This document shows positions 60,643 to 64,000 of a stretch of DNA of 64,000 nucleotides, piece after piece (the stretch's first letter is position 1; every line of letters starts with the position of its first letter). The DNA comes from an uncultured Nitrososphaeraceae archaeon (GTDB lineage Archaea; Thermoproteota; Nitrososphaeria; Nitrososphaerales; Nitrososphaeraceae). The stretch is from the NCBI GenBank assembly GCA_963837175.1, contig CAWIMJ010000022.1, positions 1 through 64,000 of the forward strand, in the 5' to 3' direction. A program made the translations under genes and the position numbers. Under the pieces are notes generated by a model that was given only the letters and a program-made list of their open reading frames with translations, searched no databases and had not been told where the DNA came from.

Positions 60643-61101
60643 ATAAAAACAGCGTTTATGCTAATCGTTTTTTAGAGATAAAAATGTTTTCTATAATAAT
60701 TCATAGATATAAAAAGAATGTAAACTATTGTAATATCGGAAGTTGGTTCCTATATAAATGTGGTAAAATATATTATCTATTCTAATATTATATTATTGCT
60801 GTTTAAACGAATATCTTTTGATATTGTTATATTTCAATGTACATCAATAGGACTCTAGTGTAATACAATGCATTGTATCAAATTTATCTAGCCAATCTCG
60901 TGAATGAAGATATGTCTCTGGAAGGAAAACTATGAGTAGATGCATAAGATTAGTTGTTGCCCCAATAGATAATATTGTTAATAGTATGTAACATATTAAA
61001 AATTAAATCGTGCCTAATCCATATTACATAGTCGAAATAATTTGACTAATTGCGATAGTAATAATAAAAATCTTCTTGATACAATTTCAAATTACAAGTT
61101 A

Positions 61102-61713
61102 TTACTGCTTAATTCTTCCCGCTGATTTTCTAGATGCATAATAATATATTAAACCAGCTGCAGTTATTGCAGTTATGATAGGTAATACAAAGTAAATTAT
61201 GAATTCACTAAAAGATATTCCTACAGAAACATCATAATTAACAACTAATGGATTTTCTTCATATTTTGGATCTCCAGCTATTCTAGCCTGTAATATTACT
61301 TGATAATCAGCACTTTTGTTAAATACATACGGAATAGTAATATCGCCAAATTCATGCAATCTGTAAGGAATATGTGCGACAACCTTATCTGGATTTTTTT
61401 CTTTTATTGTTAACGCTGCAAATACATTATAAACATCTGTATTGTTCTGTTGAATACTAAAGTTTAATTTGGTAGTAGAATTATCATCTGCTAATATAAC
61501 AGAAGGAGAGGTTCGAAATTTTATTTGATATTTATCAATGTTTTTTATTGTTTGACCTCCGCCAAAAATATGGGCATCGGCAAGATTATTTCTTCCTTGG
61601 TGGTCCAAAGGATTAGTACCCAGACTATTAATACTAAGAAGAATAAGAATGACATTGGTAACTATAAACAAATATAATAAATAAAAAAGAAATGAAAAAA
61701 TAGTTTCTTTCAC
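61102..61713 (-). CDS. Exported/anchored protein with a possible N-terminal His
   Basis: ADA|HIFGG, Ig-like beta domain, C-terminal TM. Confidence 0.7.
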   Translation of the reverse strand: MKETIFSFLFYLLYLFIVTNVILILLSINSLGTNPLDHQGRNNLADAHIFGGGQTIKNIDKYQIKFRTSPSVILADDNSTTKLNFSIQQNNTDVYNVFAALTIKEKNPDKVVAHIPYRLHEFGDITIPYVFNKSADYQVILQARIAGDPKYEENPLVVNYDVSVGISFSEFIIYFVLPIITAITAAGLIYYYASRKSAGRIKQ

Positions 61714-61768
61714 ATACTTTTAGTGACTCATTGCGTCATTTTAGGATACTGGTAGTATCTTTCGTTCA

Positions 61769-62269
61769 TTATTGATGTTCTTCAGCGCCAGGCATTATTT
61801 CATTGACACCTACAACCACTGTACTAGTCTCTGGAAAGTCTATACTACTGTCAGTCGGGTTCTGAATAGCTATATCAGTAGTAGTTGTCACATTTTTCTG
61901 TGGAATGTCAACGTGATACAAGCATAGTTCACCTGGTGTGGACAAATTCCCATCAATTAATTCTAATTCAGCTGGTTGAAATGATGGTGCCGATCCTGTA
62001 AGTATATTTAATTCAGCCTCTGAATCATCATTACATGGTATCTTTGCAGCTATATGTCCATTCACTATCTTGTATGGGCTACTATCATAAAGGTGTATGT
62101 AACTCATTGCTGGAATCGATTGGCCGGAAAGAAGCAATGTAACAGTGTCTCTTACTACTGTACCTGTGGGTGCTTGAGCTGTAGCAGGAGTTGTACTTGC
62201 AGTATTCATGAATACCATAGATGTTATTACTGCTGCTAAAACAGCTATCAATGATTTCTTGTTTTGCAC
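61769..62269 (-). CDS. Exported His/Cys protein of unknown function
   Basis: Signal peptide; YIHLYD, GHIAAKIPC, LCLYH. Confidence 0.85.
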   Translation of the reverse strand: MQNKKSLIAVLAAVITSMVFMNTASTTPATAQAPTGTVVRDTVTLLLSGQSIPAMSYIHLYDSSPYKIVNGHIAAKIPCNDDSEAELNILTGSAPSFQPAELELIDGNLSTPGELCLYHVDIPQKNVTTTTDIAIQNPTDSSIDFPETSTVVVGVNEIMPGAEEHQ

Positions 62270-62294
62270 AAAAATTGGTTCTTACGTCTTATAT

Positions 62295-62320
62295 ATAACT
62301 GTTATAGTACATCTATTGAA
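62295..62320 (-). promoter_or_regulatory. Regulon motif plus TATA, site D
   Basis: TTCAA-TAGA-TGTACTATA-ACA-GTTAT(ATA), 26 nt from the GTG. Confidence 0.72.
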
Positions 62321-62672
62321 TAGAACTATCGTCTTTAGCTGAGTAGATTATATGCCTATTCTACCGCATTTCTTAAATGTCAGACAATATAACAATTAAC
62401 AGAGTTAGGAAATACAGAATAAAGGATTACTTGATAATTATCATCTCGCTAATGTGATCGAAGAAGAATAAGGAGTGATACAGTCAACTAATGACACATC
62501 TTTTTTCTCCTAGTGGTTGCCACCAATAAAAAATTGTATTCAGGATTTGTTGAAAAAAATTAAAATCGTCTATCATTTATATCATTATGATATTTCACTA
62601 ATATGAGAATATAGTCATCTTTAAATTTTCTATTATTTTGACATTAGTAGGATTTTCAGAAATTCTATTGAC

Positions 62673-64000
62673 TTAATGATTAGCTTGCAAAGAATCTAAT
62701 GTTTTCTTTATCTCTCGTTTACTCCTTACAAAAGATATAATACTTCCCGTCAAAACTGCTGCCGATAAAATGATAACCAGAATAGCAAACGCGTCAAAAG
62801 ATGGCATTTCATTTTTAGTAGTAGTAGAAGTAGCTAATCCGTTTAAATTAGAATTTTCTGCCATTGACACAGATGGTGGCGAAGTTATTGTAAGAAACGA
62901 AGTTATAAAGAGAATACCCATACCTATAAATGATTCAATCCTGATAGTCTTACTAAATTTTGCAAATGGATCGGCTTGTAGTGAATTGCTGCCGCCAGAT
63001 GTAGTTGCTGCTGAACTACGCTTGTTATCATTTGATTTTTTTCCCCCTTTACCAATTTTAGCAACTAATACAAAGCTATCATGGAGTCTAAATTGATGAT
63101 AACCACCAAGGATAACCATAGGCAAAATAGCAGACAGCTTAATTATTAGAACGTTCCCATACATGGTATCAAAAATTGCTCCGACTGTATGAAGATGGAT
63201 CCAAGCCATATATAGTCCTGTTACACCAATTATACCAAGTGAAATTGTAGCTATGAGAGAAAAATATGGAAGTAATACAGCAAGAAAATAAGTATTTCTT
63301 GTTTTATTAGTTTCATATTGCTGGTTTACAGGTTCAGTTAGATTTATTGTTGATCTTATTGTGACTAAAAGTATGACAGAAATATAAAATACGCCTCCAA
63401 CCCAGATAGATACTGCCATAAAATGCAGCCAGTTTATTGAGATGGCTAATGACGGAAGGAATGATAATGCGGCACTATGGCTGACTACACTGTTAGAGAA
63501 GATGCTTATTGCGCCTGACAGTATTATAACATATAATAATACTATAGAAAGACTCAGATTTCTTTTCCTTTGTTTACTGTACGTATGATGCTCTTCTTCG
63601 GTTGTCCTTTTAATTTTCTTCTTTTCCAAAATGTAATACAATATAGAGGATACGACAATTATCGATGAAGTTATAATCCTTAATATCCAAACTGGTCCCA
63701 CAGAAGTAGTGGTCAATATTGTAAAAGTGGTACTGACATCCAAGCCTAATTCTGAAGACATACTGATTGTTTGTAGATATATCAAAGAGCTTGCGGTAAC
63801 CAGTATAGTTAGACTACATACAACAAGTAGAATGAACAATCTCCTTAAAGGCTGCAAACTACTACTACTATTATCCACGGGCACGTTATTTTTGTAATTT
63901 GGTTGAATTCTACTCCGTAGTACTCTGTGTAGAAATACATGATTAAATACTCCTCCTACTATGGCTGCCTGGGATATCATCATTGGTGCTTTCAGTAAAG
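62673..64000 (-). CDS. copD: CopD family copper uptake protein (5' end probably outside the window)
   Basis: SHSAA, WLHFMAVSIWVGG, TGLY, YG..L..K, GGYHQ, RIES, LTITSPP. Confidence 0.87.
   Translation of the reverse strand, partial: LLKAPMMISQAAIVGGVFNHVFLHRVLRSRIQPNYKNNVPVDNSSSSLQPLRRLFILLVVCSLTILVTASSLIYLQTISMSSELGLDVSTTFTILTTTSVGPVWILRIITSSIIVVSSILYYILEKKKIKRTTEEEHHTYSKQRKRNLSLSIVLLYVIILSGAISIFSNSVVSHSAALSFLPSLAISINWLHFMAVSIWVGGVFYISVILLVTIRSTINLTEPVNQQYETNKTRNTYFLAVLLPYFSLIATISLGIIGVTGLYMAWIHLHTVGAIFDTMYGNVLIIKLSAILPMVILGGYHQFRLHDSFVLVAKIGKGGKKSNDNKRSSAATTSGGSNSLQADPFAKFSKTIRIESFIGMGILFITSFLTITSPPSVSMAENSNLNGLATSTTTKNEMPSFDAFAILVIILSAAVLTGSIISFVRSKREIKKTLDSLQANH

Overview
Low-GC archaeal DNA from an ammonia-oxidising archaeon of the family Nitrososphaeraceae, judged from the 16S/23S sequence, TFE-beta, MEDS/receiver genes and typical secreted proteins. 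(1) About 1-24 kb is an accessory/stress region: USPs, SnoaL, DsbA, DUF5996, DUF1326, DUF1264, a methyltransferase, a polysaccharide deacetylase and many gene relics. It also holds a decayed tyrosine integrase, a ~290-bp duplication and a series of co-oriented att-like motifs related to a tRNA 3' end. (2) About 24.6-40 kb is core: a DinG/XPD helicase, the 16S-23S rRNA operon on the minus strand (no 5S or tRNA), hflX, tfeB and a SirB1-like gene. (3) About 41-44 kb holds an IS5 element and a decayed terminase/provirus relic. (4) About 49.5-64 kb is a large putative copper-acquisition locus: CopC-YtkA, a CopC-CopD-YtkA-beta-propeller fusion, CopD, and several exported His1 or His/Cys proteins. 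The most notable signal is a 26-bp motif (TTCGA-N4-TGTACYAYA-N3-TATA) 26-29 nt upstream of four transcription units. One of them encodes a His-rich 4-TM protein coupled to a double-wHTH regulator, suggesting an undescribed membrane-sensor/activator copper regulon. An extra base in a conserved 23S loop suggests that some single frameshifts are assembly errors. All calls come from reading the sequence by eye; no searches were run.
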